Translations under genes and position numbers: made by a program
NCBI GenBank assembly: GCA_964106645.2
Contig: OZ067042.1
Strand: one strand, 5' to 3'
From: Podarcis pityusensis
Taxonomy: Eukaryota
DNA length: 64,000 nt
The notes under the pieces: model-generated
What the model was told of the DNA's origin: nothing
The model's input: the letters and a program-made list of their open reading frames with translations, nothing else
The model's database searches: none
Part shown: in pieces, positions 24,135 to 37,362 of the stretch
Position numbering within the stretch: position 1 is the first letter of the stretch
Layout of the letters: each line of letters begins with the position of its first letter

Positions 24135-26186
24135 TATTAGCTATGTGAGATCCTAGGGAAGGAACTCAGCTCAGTAGCTGATCATCTGCCTCCCACTCAG
24201 AAGGTCCCAAATTCAATCTCTGGCGTCTCCAGGTAGGACAGAATGTTCCCAATCTGAAACCCAGTGCATTGTAGGTGATATGGAGCTAGTTGGTCCCAGG
24301 TAACATATTCACAGTGTGAGAATCAGGGCTCCATGGGCTTCTTAGCTATGCTATCACATATGATTATATCCTGTTCTGTAGCCAAGCTGAATGAAGTTGT
24401 GTGGAGCAGCGTGTGGCATAACTTTTTCATAGCTAAGGGTTACTTCTGTTTTATGAAGCAACCTGGAAACATATATCTCAGCAGAGGCCTATAGATAACT
24501 CTGGGGGTAGCAGCATGTTAGGAGGCAGACCCAACTCCTCTTCAGCTACCATTGCAGGATCCCTCCCCACGCATTACCAATGGATTTTGGTACTTGTATA
24601 CATATATTTCCTTAGGAAATGGTTCCCAAAGTCTCTCCTCCCCTTTTGAGTTCCAGATCGTGTTTCAGCCTGAGCTTTCATTTTAAATGTAGTAGATTAA
24701 AACAAACAGAATTTGAAAGATGAGTTAATCCAGGATTCTCTCAGTCAGTAGTTATAATTGCTATTGTATGTGCATGAGGTTGTGCCACAAGGAGGCGGTG
24801 TTTAGCTTTTGGTATTAAAACAGACATTAAGCAGGTCTTGCCAATGCTAGGGGAATACTTGATAGGGATGGGGGAGAAATTCAGTTTTGCTTGTATCTTG
24901 ATAAGAAACCACCTAATTCACACTTCTCAAACAATTGAACCAAAACAGGGCTAACCATTTCAATTTTATACTTCTCCAATTTTTGTGATGCAATTCTCCA
25001 GTCAAACAGTGCATACAAAAAATGCATATATTCCAGGAAAGTCTCCACAAAAATGTATATATTAGCAAAAACAGCATATATAATGCATAAATATTAGGGG
25101 AAATTGTGCACAAAAATGTGTGGAGGACAACAGTCTGGCAAAAGCTGTGTCATAGGAAAGCATATGGCAACATTATCTGGCTCTGGAATGTGTGACATCT
25201 GAAAATATTTTTACTAAATGGGAATTCTGAGGGAAGAGCAGAGCTGTCAGATAGATTATTCAAATAAGACACTGCTGAGAACTTGCGACTGTAGCCTGCT
25301 CCTGCCTCTACACGGTTTAGTTTAGTGTTTGCACCTCAAGATTACAGTTTGCTTGTCTTGCAATGCACCCAGGCTGTCAAACCAGAATTAAGACTGACAT
25401 TTGCCTGTAAAGTTAATCTCCATAACCAGGACATGCACAATTTATTGATGAGGAGGAATGGGGGGGGGTGGAATAAAATGTCACACCTGTTTTTGCTTAG
25501 CAAAATTGTAGGCATGAAGCACTTTTCAGTGTAAATAAATCAGATCGTGTCTCTCTAGAATCCAGCAGAGTTTTATTGTTTGATTAATCTTGGCATTATT
25601 TTTAGTTGCAGGCAGTTGCTTTGCTGTCTCACTCAGGAAGGCTTTGTGACACTTGCTGAAGAGCTGTGTGGCTGTGAGGATGAGATAAAAATATTTAGTA
25701 TTTATGTAGCATTTTTGAGCATTAGAGGTGCTTTGCATATATTAACTGAGTAATCCTTACAAGAACCATTGGGCAGAGCAATCCAAACCCCCAATCTGCC
25801 TGCACTGGAGGGGGCTTGGATGTGGCGGAGGTGTCCTTCGGTCCCACTCTGCTCTGTGGAGTGGTGTGCTACATCTGCTAAAATCACAGGCAGGCAGCAG
25901 CTGCAACCAGCTGTATGCCTGCTGGTGGGAGCCAATGTAAGCCCCTCAAAGCAGCTATTTTGGGGGAGGAGGGATCAAAGTGCCAAAACTCTCAGTGCCA
26001 GAACTCCTGCTAGTGGTGTGTTTGTGTGGAAATTTACCTATTTATTATATTATAGAATCTGAGCTGAAAAAGGAAAGCTGAGTGAGCAACTTTTTGGGGA
26101 AAGGCTCCTGCATGGTATAGGAAGTATTAACAAAATAAAAAAATTCCTTCCAGTAGGACCTTAGAGACCAACTAAGTTTGTTATTG

Positions 26187-26224
26187 GTATGAGCTTTCGT
26201 GTGCACGCACACTTCTTCAGATAC
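26187..26224 (-). ncRNA. Minimal type I hammerhead ribozyme motif (Penelope-associated)
   Basis: GUAU-CUGAAGA-A-GUGUG(CGUG)CACAC-GAAA-GC-UC-AUAC: stem I GUAU/AUAC, core CUGAnGA and GAAA, stem II, palindromic AGCU in place of stem III. Confidence 0.7.
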
Positions 26225-26252
26225 CCTGAATATCTGAAGATGTATCTGAAGG

Positions 26253-26290
26253 GGATCTGAAGAAGTGTGCATGCACACGAAAGCTCATAC
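26253..26290 (+). ncRNA. Second minimal hammerhead motif on the opposite strand
   Basis: GGAU-CUGAAGA-A-GUGUG(CAUG)CACAC-GAAA-GC-UC-AUAC; one stem I mismatch. Confidence 0.6.
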
Positions 26291-28031
26291 CAATAACAAA
26301 CTTAGTTGGTCTCTAAGGTGCAACTGGAAGGATTTTTTTTTTGTTGTTTTGACTACGGCAGATCAACACGGCTACCTACCTGTAAACAGAAAGTATTAAT
26401 TGCACATGGCTTGAGGATGTGGGGGCAGGTTGGAAAGTAAAAAGATTAAAAGTGAAGCTGTGCCATAAACATCACAACAATGGACACAGCACATTTAATT
26501 CCTCTTACTGATACGTACTGGATTCGCTAGGTAGTATAGCTTCAAATATAAATTCTGCAATGGGTATGGATGATCTTTTTCATATGTGGACTGAATTAAC
26601 TCCTGGGTGTTTACTAATTCTTATGTGAAGATCCTGCCTGGTTTGATGGATGACAACATTGCTAATGTAAAGGTCACAATCAAACATTATTGATCCAAAA
26701 GACCATGCTGGCAGCAAACATTCCCCTAGGACTAGTTTTCTAAGACTCAACATAATAATGCTGGCAAATTGATAGTATAAAAGTGGAGTTAGGCTTGTGT
26801 ATCTCATACGAATCTACAGGAAAACATATCAAAGGAGAAGGCTAAGAAAATGGATCCTCATGCAGCTGAACCATTATAACTTGATGCAATAATGTTTTAT
26901 AACAAACAAACAAGCTATGGGTTCTAAAGAGAGGTACAGTAGCAGCAGAAAATAACCTGCAGCTCCGTAAGTGCCTCTGATCTATATGTGAATATATGGT
27001 TTTGTTTTCTGAGTTTCAAACTCTACCTCAAATCCTTTCCCCACATACTGCTGTGAAAATGAACATTCTGTGACATTACAGCAGTTCACTCACTAACATT
27101 CACTGGCCAAGAATCTTTGCTATTCTATTAAGGTATAGTCTACAATTTTATTTTAATTGGTAAAAACAGTTCCACGACAAACAGGCTAAATTTGAAATGT
27201 TTTCAGCATCCATGAAAAAAAGGAACATTTCACAATGTTCCAGTTCTAACACTAATAGTTCAGCCTTTTTCAAGATTACCTATCTTGAAGCTTGGAATTT
27301 CTGAATATTGAAAATGGGAGTCATATGTGCTACTCCTGCAGATTATGTCCTCGTGGTATTCCTGCGCATAAAAAAGTCCTGGACCTGTGCTTCCTTTCAT
27401 TCCCCTTCCACTCCCCCTCTGGGGCAGAAATCTTTCCCAGCCATATGTGGAGACACCTGGGATCTAACCTGGGACTTTTATGCATGCAAAACATGTACTG
27501 TACGACTGAGATGTCCAATCCACCATGCCTCACCCTGTATGGACAAGGTCTCCAGACCTGTAGGTTGCAGTATATGTTTGTAGGGATGTGTATAGATGCT
27601 AGGAGAGGATATATTTATTAATTCCTATCCTTCTTTTCTCATGTTTGTGAGTTCAGTAAAGTGCATGCCTTTGCAGCTTAAAAGGGAAGTTGCATTCTCC
27701 TGGTATATCCCCCTTTTCTCCCCCTTAAAACAACAATCACACAAACAGTCTGGTGAAAGGTAAAAGTAACATTTACTCACTCAGAATACTTGTTGAAGAG
27801 TAACAGATACAGCAGCTTTGTTCAGGCAGGCTTAAAATGGTAATTCGTTTACAAAGACATGCTTAAGTCTAGCTTAAGATGGTGTCTGAGCAATGGAGCT
27901 CAGACATGCAGATTGTCCTCACATTTCTGGCTTGGTGATGAGATGAAAAGGGAGAGGATGAGAGGATGTGCCCATGCAGGTAAGGAGAATATATATGGCT
28001 ATGCCCTCCCCCTGTCAAGACACAGTGTGAG

Positions 28032-28473
28032 CAGGGGCGTCTTGCCCATAGTGGCGTGGGGTGCCAAGTTCTGGAGGGCGCCAGGGAAGAGGCGGAGGCT
28101 GGATGCGGCGCCTCCCAGCATCAGCTCGCCACCCTCACCCTCACCCGCCTCCGCCATGCCGTGCTGAAGCAGCTCCACACCCGGAGCCTCTGCTTGCCAT
28201 GGCCACCATTGCATGGGAGCCAAGGAAGAGGCTGGGTGCGGTGCCTCCGGGCAGCAGCTCACCGCCTTCGCCCGCCTCGCTGAAGCAGCACCGCGCCCAG
28301 AACCTCCGCCTCTTCCCAGCCAGAGGAGCCACCCTCCAGCCACTGCCTGCCTCCTCCAGCCCTGCAAAGCTGCCAGCAGTGCTGTAAAAAGGTCAGCAAC
28401 TCTGGGAAGGGGGGGGGAGGGCTGCCGGAGGGATCTTTGCACCACTGCGCTGGATATACTTAAGACAGCCCTG
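28032..28473. mobile_element. GC-rich hAT MITE
   Basis: CAGGGGCGTCTT...AAGACAGCCCTG; 8-bp TSD agtgtgag; explains the GC-rich ORF cluster at 28.0-28.5 kb. Confidence 0.85.
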
Positions 28474-30772
28474 AGTGTGAGTGGCCCTCAGAGTTCTAGC
28501 AAATTTACAGGAAAGCTTTGTGAGCTTCAGCTCCTATCATGTGCCTGTCTAGAAAACATGCATTGTTGGTTTGACTGCACTCTAAATATCCCATGCTGTT
28601 GTGTGCAGATTGCAGTAGCATTGCACGTGTGCTTTATCTTGCTCTTAGTGTATTGCGGTTTGCAGCCTCACATAGCTTCTGAACTCTCCTAGGCCCTTAA
28701 GCTACATTGACTGCATGCAGCATGAAGCCAGTTAACCCTCTATCTGCACTTTTGTGGCTTCCAGCAAGAATGTCAGAACTGTTAACTTATTTTCCTGTGC
28801 AGTCAACCACAGAGAAAATCTGCCTGAACAAGCCTTCTTCTTTAAATTGTTGAAGGACAGTCAGTGTTTGCTGATAATGTGGCATTAGTGCTATCAAGTA
28901 CACTGAGAGACTTCTGAATTTGCTTAGGTCTGGTAAAAAATGTTAAGTTCCATCACCAAGTGTCAGTCATTTAAGGTACAAAAGAGTTGCTGTGCCAGAG
29001 AAGAGGTAGTTATGATGGGGCACAACGGCTTATGTGCCAGCACAATGTCCCTTGTCCCCTTCTGCAAATGTCATGGGTTTGCTCAATATGAAGGAGCAGT
29101 ACAACAGAGTTAGGTCAGCAGTGTACCAGTTAACAAGCCACTGTCACTGGACAAATGTACATGAAACAGAAATTGGGTAGGCAGGTATGATGAAAGGTTG
29201 GAGCAAGATAGAACAATTTCAGAATGATTCAGCAAGATGGGGCCTTCTGTGTGGGTACACAAAGCACTCATATGGTATGTATACATGCCCAGCCAGCCTT
29301 GAACAGGATATTACTTTTAACTCGACAAAAGCATGCTCTTCTGTATGCTGTTGCTGCTGGGCATATATTTATGACCAGGGTCCCAGATAATGAAAAATAT
29401 TAACACTTAAAGCCCACCTTAGCCATTTATCTCAATAAATTGCTAACAGATAAGGGAGCAATCTGCTTCCTCTGCCTCCACAAGGAATGCTTAACGCTTG
29501 ATCAAAGGGGAATAGAGCAAGAATGTGGTGTACATTCAGCACATTAATTTGCCAAGCATCATTGCTTAGGAAAACAGGTTGCTCCAGCATAACTTGTTTA
29601 GAAACTAACTGATCACAATATTTGCCACTAAGAATTTCCCAGGCCTAGGGGACCTTCACTTCCCCTTTCACGGTGGCACATGGCGTGACTGAGTAAATGA
29701 AAGCTCTTTCTGAGGTGCACCTTACACACTCCTGTTCTCCAATTGTGCATTCCATGACTTTATTGGTCTAATAGGATCATGGGAAGCTATGTGTCCATTA
29801 GAACATTTTTTTTGAGCTCTGGCTTTGCATGGTCATAGGCAGGTCTTTCACATTCCCTGCTATATTATCCTTTTAACTGTCGGTGCCAGGAATTGAACCT
29901 GGGAGTCTGAAGGCAGCCCTGTATAGGGAAGCTTTTTAATGTGCAATTTTTTATTATGTTTTTATATACGTTGCAAGCCACCCAGAGTGGCTGGGGCAAT
30001 GGTATAAATAATAAAATCATTATTATAATTTATTATTTCTGCATGCAAAAACACCTGCGTGCAGATACTCCCCCCCCCCACCATCTTCCTGTTCCTGCTG
30101 TAGACAGGTGATTAGTTCATGTGGTCCCTCCTAGCCCCACTGTGGTATAATCACATCCACCTCTGACCCGAGTTTTGTACTTGCCCTCGGTGAACCCTCT
30201 CCCCTGCCATTTCTTATTTTATGCTGATTAATAGCAGATTAAATAATCAATAGTTGACCAGGATATTACTTTTCTATTTTTCAATTTCAAGAATTCTGCT
30301 GGTTCTTTCTCTGGACAACTGTGTGTATGGCTTGTATAATGGGTAGAGATCAGAAGGGTTGTGATCCTATTCCCCGCAATGCAGTGAATAGCCCTTGAGT
30401 AGTGAATTGCTTAGCAGATTCTTTGCATCTCTTCCAAAAGTGCAGGCGGTGGTTCTCTCTCCAATGCATTTACATAGGCAGCCCAACTTCTGGGAAACTT
30501 GGCACTCCAGTGGTTTGCCTGATTTGCCTCTAGGGTTGGAGCAATCCTAAACATATCACCAAGGACCACAGCGGCAAAAGCCAAGACTCAGTGTGTGTGT
30601 ATCCAGAGGGAGAGCAACACCTTCCCCAAGAGAAAGGTAGTTAACAAAGGAATGATAAAACTAGTTCCAGCTATTGATTTATTTTTATTTTGACATTGAT
30701 ACACCACCTGATTGCAACAATACCTCAAAGCAGTTTGCAAAAAGAATACATGTGCTCAATGAGCAGCTACTG

Positions 30773-30975
30773 CAGAGCTTTCAAAACTGTGTGTCGTGAC
30801 GTTAGTATGTCACTGCAGTGTGCAGGTGTGTTGTGCAAATGTTCCCCATGCTCCTCCTGAGGCTGAAAAGGGGTTAGTTTAACCTCTGGTTTGCTAGTGA
30901 AATTGAACTACTGTGTTTCAAAATGATGCTTGTCTAAAAAGTGTGCCACCAACATAAACAGTTTGGAAAGCTCTG
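30773..30975. mobile_element. hAT MITE
   Basis: CAGAGCTTTCAAAACTGT...ACAGTTTGGAAAGCTCTG; TSD agctactg/aactactg. Confidence 0.8.
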
Positions 30976-33900
30976 AACTACTGTGTAGTAGAGAATGACC
31001 AAGTGCTTGATTTTCACTTGCTAACTGCAGCGGGTGAAACTTCCGTCCAAATATTTGAATGTTGTAAATGAAGTGGAGAAATATCAAACCTGTTAATATG
31101 TGAACATCTTTTGGCATGGACCCCAAGCTTCAATTCTTCTGGGGCTTTTAGATCTTCTCTCCATGGGCATAACCAAAAAAAAATTTTTTTTGGGGGGGGG
31201 GAGCAGCCAAAGTTGTTGAGCTTTATTTAGGAAATCAAAGTTGTCAAGCTTTTCAGGGGAAATAACAGGTCAAAATACCCCATGAGTAAGACATTGCAGG
31301 GGGGCAGACTTCTTCTGGGGGGGGGCATTGAGTACTTTCAGTGCTTTTCAATAATATTTGTGGATCTATGCTTCTCTTCCTGTAGGGCAGCGGTGGGGAA
31401 ATTGCAGTTCACATACACTGCTAGACATATATTGCTAGTGATAGCATCCATCACTCCTGGTTGTGCTGGCTGGAGCTAATGGGAGTTGGGAGTCCAATAA
31501 CATCTGGAAGACCACAGGTTCCAGAACCCTATTCTAGGGCACAGGGGCTGACTTTCTCATTTTGTACTGGCCTTCTGACTAAACCTTTTTTTTAAAATCA
31601 ATTACTGTACTTTAATCTTTATGGTCTCTCTTTTTTGGAAAGCTGGGAGAAAATAGAAAAGGGAAGTAAAGAAACATGACCCTTGACTAATAATGAAATT
31701 CTACAGCTAGAGAAACTGTGTGGCAATGGGTCAAACTCATCATAGGAATCATTCAACAAGCTTCCAAGTACATAATGTTCATAGAAGGCAAAAACAAAAT
31801 CTGAAGTGAAACCCTGCAGCTGTATCTAGGCCAGAACTGTACCAGTTCTGTCATTATTCACACCTATCCCATTTGTATCCAGCGCAGAAAGAGAAGATCG
31901 CAGCTAGGAGATTCAGGGCCAGCTGCACTGTTAGTTCACATCACTTGTCACCAGGGTAGAACATAATGGGGAGAGCTTCGTAATGTGTGGTTGTTGTCCT
32001 TCTCCTAACCTAGTGCGTGTTCTGCAGTTCCTGACTGAGTGGACTTCTATTTGGGTGGAGGGTTTATCTCCTCCTCCTCCTCCTCTTCTTCTTCTTCTTC
32101 TTCTCCTTTTTGGCAGAGCTGAAATATAAGATCTGGCTCTGTTTTTATACACAAGGTGGTAACAATTAACATAACATAAGAACATAATAAGATCCTCACT
32201 GGATCAGACTAAAGGCCTATTTAGTTTAAAATCATGTCTCTTCCAGTGGCCAACCAAATGCCTATGGGAAATGCAAAAGTAGGACATGAGGCATGATCTC
32301 ACATCTCTGATTCTGGAGTTTAATTGATAGCCTTTTCCTAGACAAACCACCCTAATCCAGAATACTAAGAAAGCACATGCCAAATGCAAGTGTGGATGGG
32401 TCCATTGTTGGCCATCACATCTTGTGCTCCTAAGTCCACCCTGATCCAGTAGGAATGCTATCTCAGTTTCCACAGAACTGTAGACAGCTCTGCACATGAG
32501 TGAGCTCCATGTCAGAAATGGATGATTTCCCCCCTTTCAGTACTCCCCACCACATGTTAAGGAGCAGCTTATATCTGATACAACACTTATATGAACATGT
32601 CTTTGAAAATTAACCTCTAAACAGAAGAAGATGCAGGCATGTAGATAACTACTTACTTTAAAAATAAAATTAAAAAAATAACCTTCAGGTAAAATGTAAA
32701 TATCCTGTAAGTCACAATGCAGAGGATTTGACTAACCAGCTAGCATTTCTGTGGTTCCAGTAACTTACAGCAAAGTCACATTACAGTTGTTTGTAATGTT
32801 AGTTCAAGGGTAGCTATTCTGCAGCAGAGTGTTCTTGAGAAGGGACAATTTGCCCCCAAGGAGCAGCAACCTTTTCCCACCTGTTGCTTTCCCCTGAAAC
32901 TCTTCCCCAGTGTTCCAGACTAATGACTGCTTTGCAGATAGGGCTGAAAGTCCACCACGAGACATAAGTTTGAAGGAGGAATTTTAAAGTCATAAGGCGA
33001 AGAACAAAAATGTGATTAGCAAGTTATATTCCTTTCATCATCTGGGAGCTACTTTCCTTCGGTGGATTTAAGAAGCCAATAGCCTCACTAAGAGTTGTCT
33101 GCAGGATATCCGTTTTTGGTTAGGATGCCTTTAAAAGCATAGACCTAAAACAGAATTTAGGACCCTGCTGGTTTAAGAGCATCTTTCACACTTACTTGTC
33201 TAATTTAGGACCAAGGGGGCTCAACAAGACTGGAAGAGAGATCTTTTAAATCTTTTATTAGGAACCAAATGCTAAGATTAAAAACAGAATTATATTCTTA
33301 CATTATGACTTCTGGATTAAGATAGCATCACTACCAAAGTCCTTTGCATTGGTGGAGTCCAAAGATGTGCCGGTACCATGAATCTGTTGGTGCAAAGGGG
33401 GGAATTAGCAGAGGTGTGTATGGGTGAGGCAGGACAGTGGAGCTTAATTTGAAACCTTAGTCACAAACCTATGCTTGCCCAGAGGCCATCGCTGCTCTAG
33501 AAGTCTGTATCAAGGTGATGAACCTGTGGCCTCCAGATGTTACTAGATTACCACTCTCATCAATGGCTCTACTAGCTGGGGCTGATGGGAGGTGCAATTC
33601 AACATCTGGAGGGCCACAGGGTAGCCCCCCCTCAATCTATGTGATTTCTTAAGTTGGTTTTCTTTCAAAATGTTGTTACAAAATGGTTGTTGGTGGCTAG
33701 TGTTGTCTCTTCCATCTCCACATGTTTTCTTTCTTCCCTTAGTGACTTCTTTCTCTGCTACCACTTTATAAAGAAAGGTTAAACTATCACAAGATTAAAC
33801 AAATCTGGTGTGATGGCACACAAAGGGAAGTAAAGCCACAGGTGTTATTTCATAGCTCTGGAGCAGGGGACAGCACTGTTCTTTTAAAAAAGAAACCCCC

Positions 33901-33990
33901 CTTTCATCGCATACACATAACAGTTTGACAAAGCCTCTTTTTAGAAGCTTCTTGTCATGCTCATCCTATATACAAATAAAATAAAGATAC

Positions 33991-33994
<4 letters not shown>

Positions 33995-34045
<51 letters not shown>

Positions 34046-34055
34046 TGTCTGTGTC
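33995..34055. repeat. Compound microsatellite (CT)n(GT)n
   Basis: Read directly from the sequence. Confidence 0.95.
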
Positions 34056-35217
34056 TGGAAAGACTGAACTAAATCTCTTCAGTAGTAGTCTTGATTTACA
34101 GTGCTAAAGATATACTTACAATATATCCAGTGTCAAGTGTTACTTTTCCCTTTTGTCCCAAGCTCAAAGATCTGTCATTCTCAGTAATAAGAAGGTTCAT
34201 GGCCTAGTTTAAAAGGGGAATAGCAATGTTCAACAAAAGCCCCCTGCCCCCCATAAAGATATGTTCTTCTTCAACCAGAACTTCTCAGTCCTGAGGACTG
34301 AATAAAAATGTTTCTGGGACAAAAAGGGGTTGGTACCAACACTCTGAACTGTGCTTGGAAATGTACTAGGAGCCAAAGTAGATATTTTAGGACCGGTGTT
34401 ATATGGTCCCAACGGCCACTCCCAGTCATTAGTCTGGCAGCTGCATTCTGGATTAATTGGAGATATTTTCTGGACTAGAGGGCAGTTTGAATTTTTCATC
34501 TGGTCAATCCATAGAGCAAAGTCTCCAGAAAACATTTTCTGTAGAAAATGGCAGGAAATAGATCAAGACTATTGAGATTTAAAAAATAAAACCCAAATTC
34601 GGTTATTTGGTTTTGGCTACATACACAACTCACTGGTTCTTGTTTGTGGAAAATGTTTTGTTGTGCACTATGGATTTAAAAGATATATTTGGGGTTCACA
34701 CTGCCTGTGGGCATTGGCAAATGCTTTCCCAGGTTTGCACATAAGAATGAATATGTAAATCTACAGGCAGGCATATGCTTAGTGTGGCCCTGTTTCCCAA
34801 AGGTCCTAAGGGCTTTTCTTTGGCACAAGCAAGCTTGCGTCATCTGTAATTATTTGCATGCACAGCAAGCACACCTGTTCTCTGCTTGTTGCAGACTGTG
34901 GTCTGGCTTTCACAGACAATTTTTGACAGCTTTGATTAGATGGCTCTCTCATCTTTTCTGACTTCTGGTTCTAAAAGCTAGAGAGTTAAAGGCATAGAGA
35001 TTTACCTTCCCAGAATTTCTGGAATACATGCTTTTTGCAATATATATTCAGTGCAATTGCATATGTATGGTTGCAATCTCTGTTACTTACCTGGGAGTTA
35101 GTTTCTGGCTGCTGGCACATGCCTTTTATAGCTGATAACACTGACGTTGTACTGTGGGCTACTCTGGACATTTTACCTTCAGGTAAAAACTCTACATACT
35201 TTGTATGTCCCACATGA

Positions 35218-35402
35218 GGGAAGGGCTGTAGCTCAGTAGAAGATCACCTGGTTTCCACATGCAGAAGGTCCTATGTTGAATTGCTGACATCTCCAGGTAT
35301 GGCTGTGAGAGACACTTGCCTGAAATCCTGGAGAATTGCTACCAGTCAGTTGGCAATACTCAGCTAGCATGGTCTGACTTGTTGTAAGGTAGCTTGCCAT
35401 AT
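35218..35402 (+). mobile_element. tRNA-derived squamate SINE (Squam3-like); other decayed copies near 13.3, 19.25, 24.2, 27.45, 29.85 and 32.2 kb
   Basis: gggctgtagctcagt (A box)...atgcagaaggtcc...catctccagg...cctgaaatcctggaga. Confidence 0.65.
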
Positions 35403-36159
35403 TACTAAATACAGTACTCAAGAAAGGACAATTGCACCCATGTAGAAACATTCGTGCCCTGGCATATCTGTGTTGCAATCCAAAATCCTCCCCAAATCAA
35501 TGGGAATCTCCCAGTGACTTGGAATGATTCGGAGCTATGCCCGTTGCAGAAGGCAATTCTAAACTATTGAAGATTTATTTCCCACATGGACACTTAACTT
35601 ACAAACATATGATGATGCACCCAGGTACCTACCTACCCACCCTCAATGTACCTCCTTTTCTTTACGGTGCAAATGTTGAGAAGCAATTTTTGAGCTTTTA
35701 GTCCTCATATACATGCCTTTGGCAGGACCTGAACAACACATCCCTTGAGGCCGCTAGCGATCCATACCTGCTCTTTTAGTGCATGGTTGCTCATATGTTG
35801 CCCACAGCACACACCATTACTTCTGACATTTTGGGTAGGTAGGGATGATTCCATTAAAAGCAAGCTCTGGAGAGCAAAGGAGTGCCTTAGTTTTAGGAGC
35901 AAGTGTTTAATCTGTACCGTTTTTTGCTGCTTGGATTTGTATTGCTCTTTAAATTCTTGCCTGTTTTATATTTTTTTTTATATGTGCATTGTAAACTGCC
36001 GGCGATCTAATGGTGTATGAGTGGTATCTATAAATGCATAACATGAAATAAAATAATAAATATATAGGACCCAAATATACTCCCGACTGAAACCTAGAGG
36101 TGCAAATGGGCTAACAGAAAAATGAATGGGGAGAAGCACCCTATCCCTCTTAACTTATC

Positions 36160-37330
36160 CACTTGGCGAGCCTGGCCCCAGGCACTTCATGCTTCCAGCG
36201 CTGGCTCCCCTTTCTGGGAGTGCGCACACGCGCTTTCCTCTGGAGCGCATTCTACGCGCTCACACACACACACACACACACGCTGCACGCTCCAGGCCCA
36301 ACTCCTCGAGTACGAAGCCGGATCGCCGCTTCTCGCGCGTACAATTCGGACTCCAAAGGGCGCGCGAGAAACTGGAGCTTCTGCCCCGCACATGCCGCCG
36401 GGATCTCCAGCCACGTGCCTCCGTCCGCTACCCTTCCGGACGCTACCTGTTGGGCCCGGCGTTCGCTGGGCCCTGGAGCCACAGGCGGGAGAGAGCCCCT
36501 CCACGCCTCTTTGTCCCGCCTCCCGCGCCAGAGGTGGCACATCTGGCTGCTCACGTGACTCATCTGGTCCCTTAAGTCACTAGTCTGAGGAGGCAGCTGT
36601 CACCATAACAACCAGATCCAAATGGGGAAGCGGTCTGCCGCAGCCCCCCCAGATAGGGAAGCCGCGGGGGCGGGCGGGGGGCGAAGGAGAAAAGGCCCCC
36701 GAAGCGCCATGCTGCTTCAGCATCTGCGGCTGAGCAGGGGCAAGGGCAGCCGGATGACACCCATCCCCATCCTCTCACATTGCCTAGGCAAGGTAAAATC
36801 CACGGAGCGAGCCTGGCAGGAGTAGGAAGGGAGAGGCGAGAGCGCGCGAGAGAGGTGGGGGGGGGGGGAGAGAAGAGACACAAAGGGAGACCGAGAGAGG
36901 AAGAGCGGAGGGGGAGGGATTACCGAGGGAATCAACCTGAGCTCCCCGAGGGAAGAGAGCAGCAGAGATCTCCCATCCTGCTCGCGCAAGAGGCAGCCGC
37001 TCCCCAATTATTTCCCTCCACCCCACGATGTAGATGAAGCCCAAGTGAAGGCAGCATCTCTGAGGAAGAGGAGACAAAGGGGGATTCTGGAGCCAAAGTG
37101 ACTGCGAGAGGGAAGGAGAGGAAGGTCTAGGAGAGAGAGAGGGAGGGGCGAGCCCAGCCCCTAGCCCCTGCTCTCCTCCCCTTCCTTACCCCGCCCTGGC
37201 CGGCGGCACAAACCCACAAATCCCTCCAGCTGTTGTCATCTCCCAGCTGTTGGCTGCTGCCTTCTGATGCCATGGGGAACAGCTTCTCCAGCATCCCAGC
37301 GCTGCCGAGAGGCAACCCGAGCCGGTTCCA
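36160..37330 (+). promoter_or_regulatory. CpG island / NEURL1 promoter and 5' UTR
   Basis: Sharp rise in GC and CpG density with no repeat hallmarks. Contains GC boxes, E-box TCACGTGA (36551-36558) and an X-box-like site (36599-36612), and leads directly into NEURL1 exon 1. Confidence 0.85.
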
Positions 37331-37362
37331 TAGAGTCCATCACCAGCATCTCAATCTCAAAG
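37272..37362 (+). CDS. NEURL1: NEURL1 (neuralized E3 ubiquitin ligase 1) first coding exon; intron 1 runs off the end of the window
   Basis: gccATGG Kozak context; MGNSFSSIPALPRGNPSRFHRVHHQHLNLK plus 1 nt, then donor G|gtaaga. Matches the human NEURL1 start MGNNFSSIPSLPRGNPSR (N-myristoylation-type MGxxxS). Lies next to CALHM3 as at human 10q24. Too short for the ORF track. Confidence 0.92.

Larger units (their letters stand above)
26131..26390. mobile_element. Penelope-like element terminal remnant with inverted partial pseudo-LTR
   Basis: Inverted arms of about 85 bp (26138-26224 and 26255-26340), end motif gactacggcagatcaacacggctacctacctgta, TSD aagtattaa (26122-26130 and 26391-26399). 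Confidence 0.75.

Noticed and set aside
27859-28692. Cluster of overlapping GC-rich ORFs resembling a small gene or CpG island
   Set aside because: The GC-rich core lies inside a TIR-bounded element with an 8-bp TSD; no recognisable protein.
36524-36540. CTCF-like CGCCAGAGGTGGCAC in the NEURL1 promoter
   Set aside because: Spacing does not fit the core without several mismatches.
36122-37077. Many 85-150 aa ORFs on both strands
   Set aside because: Expected from stop-codon scarcity in a CpG island; low-complexity translations with no family resemblance.
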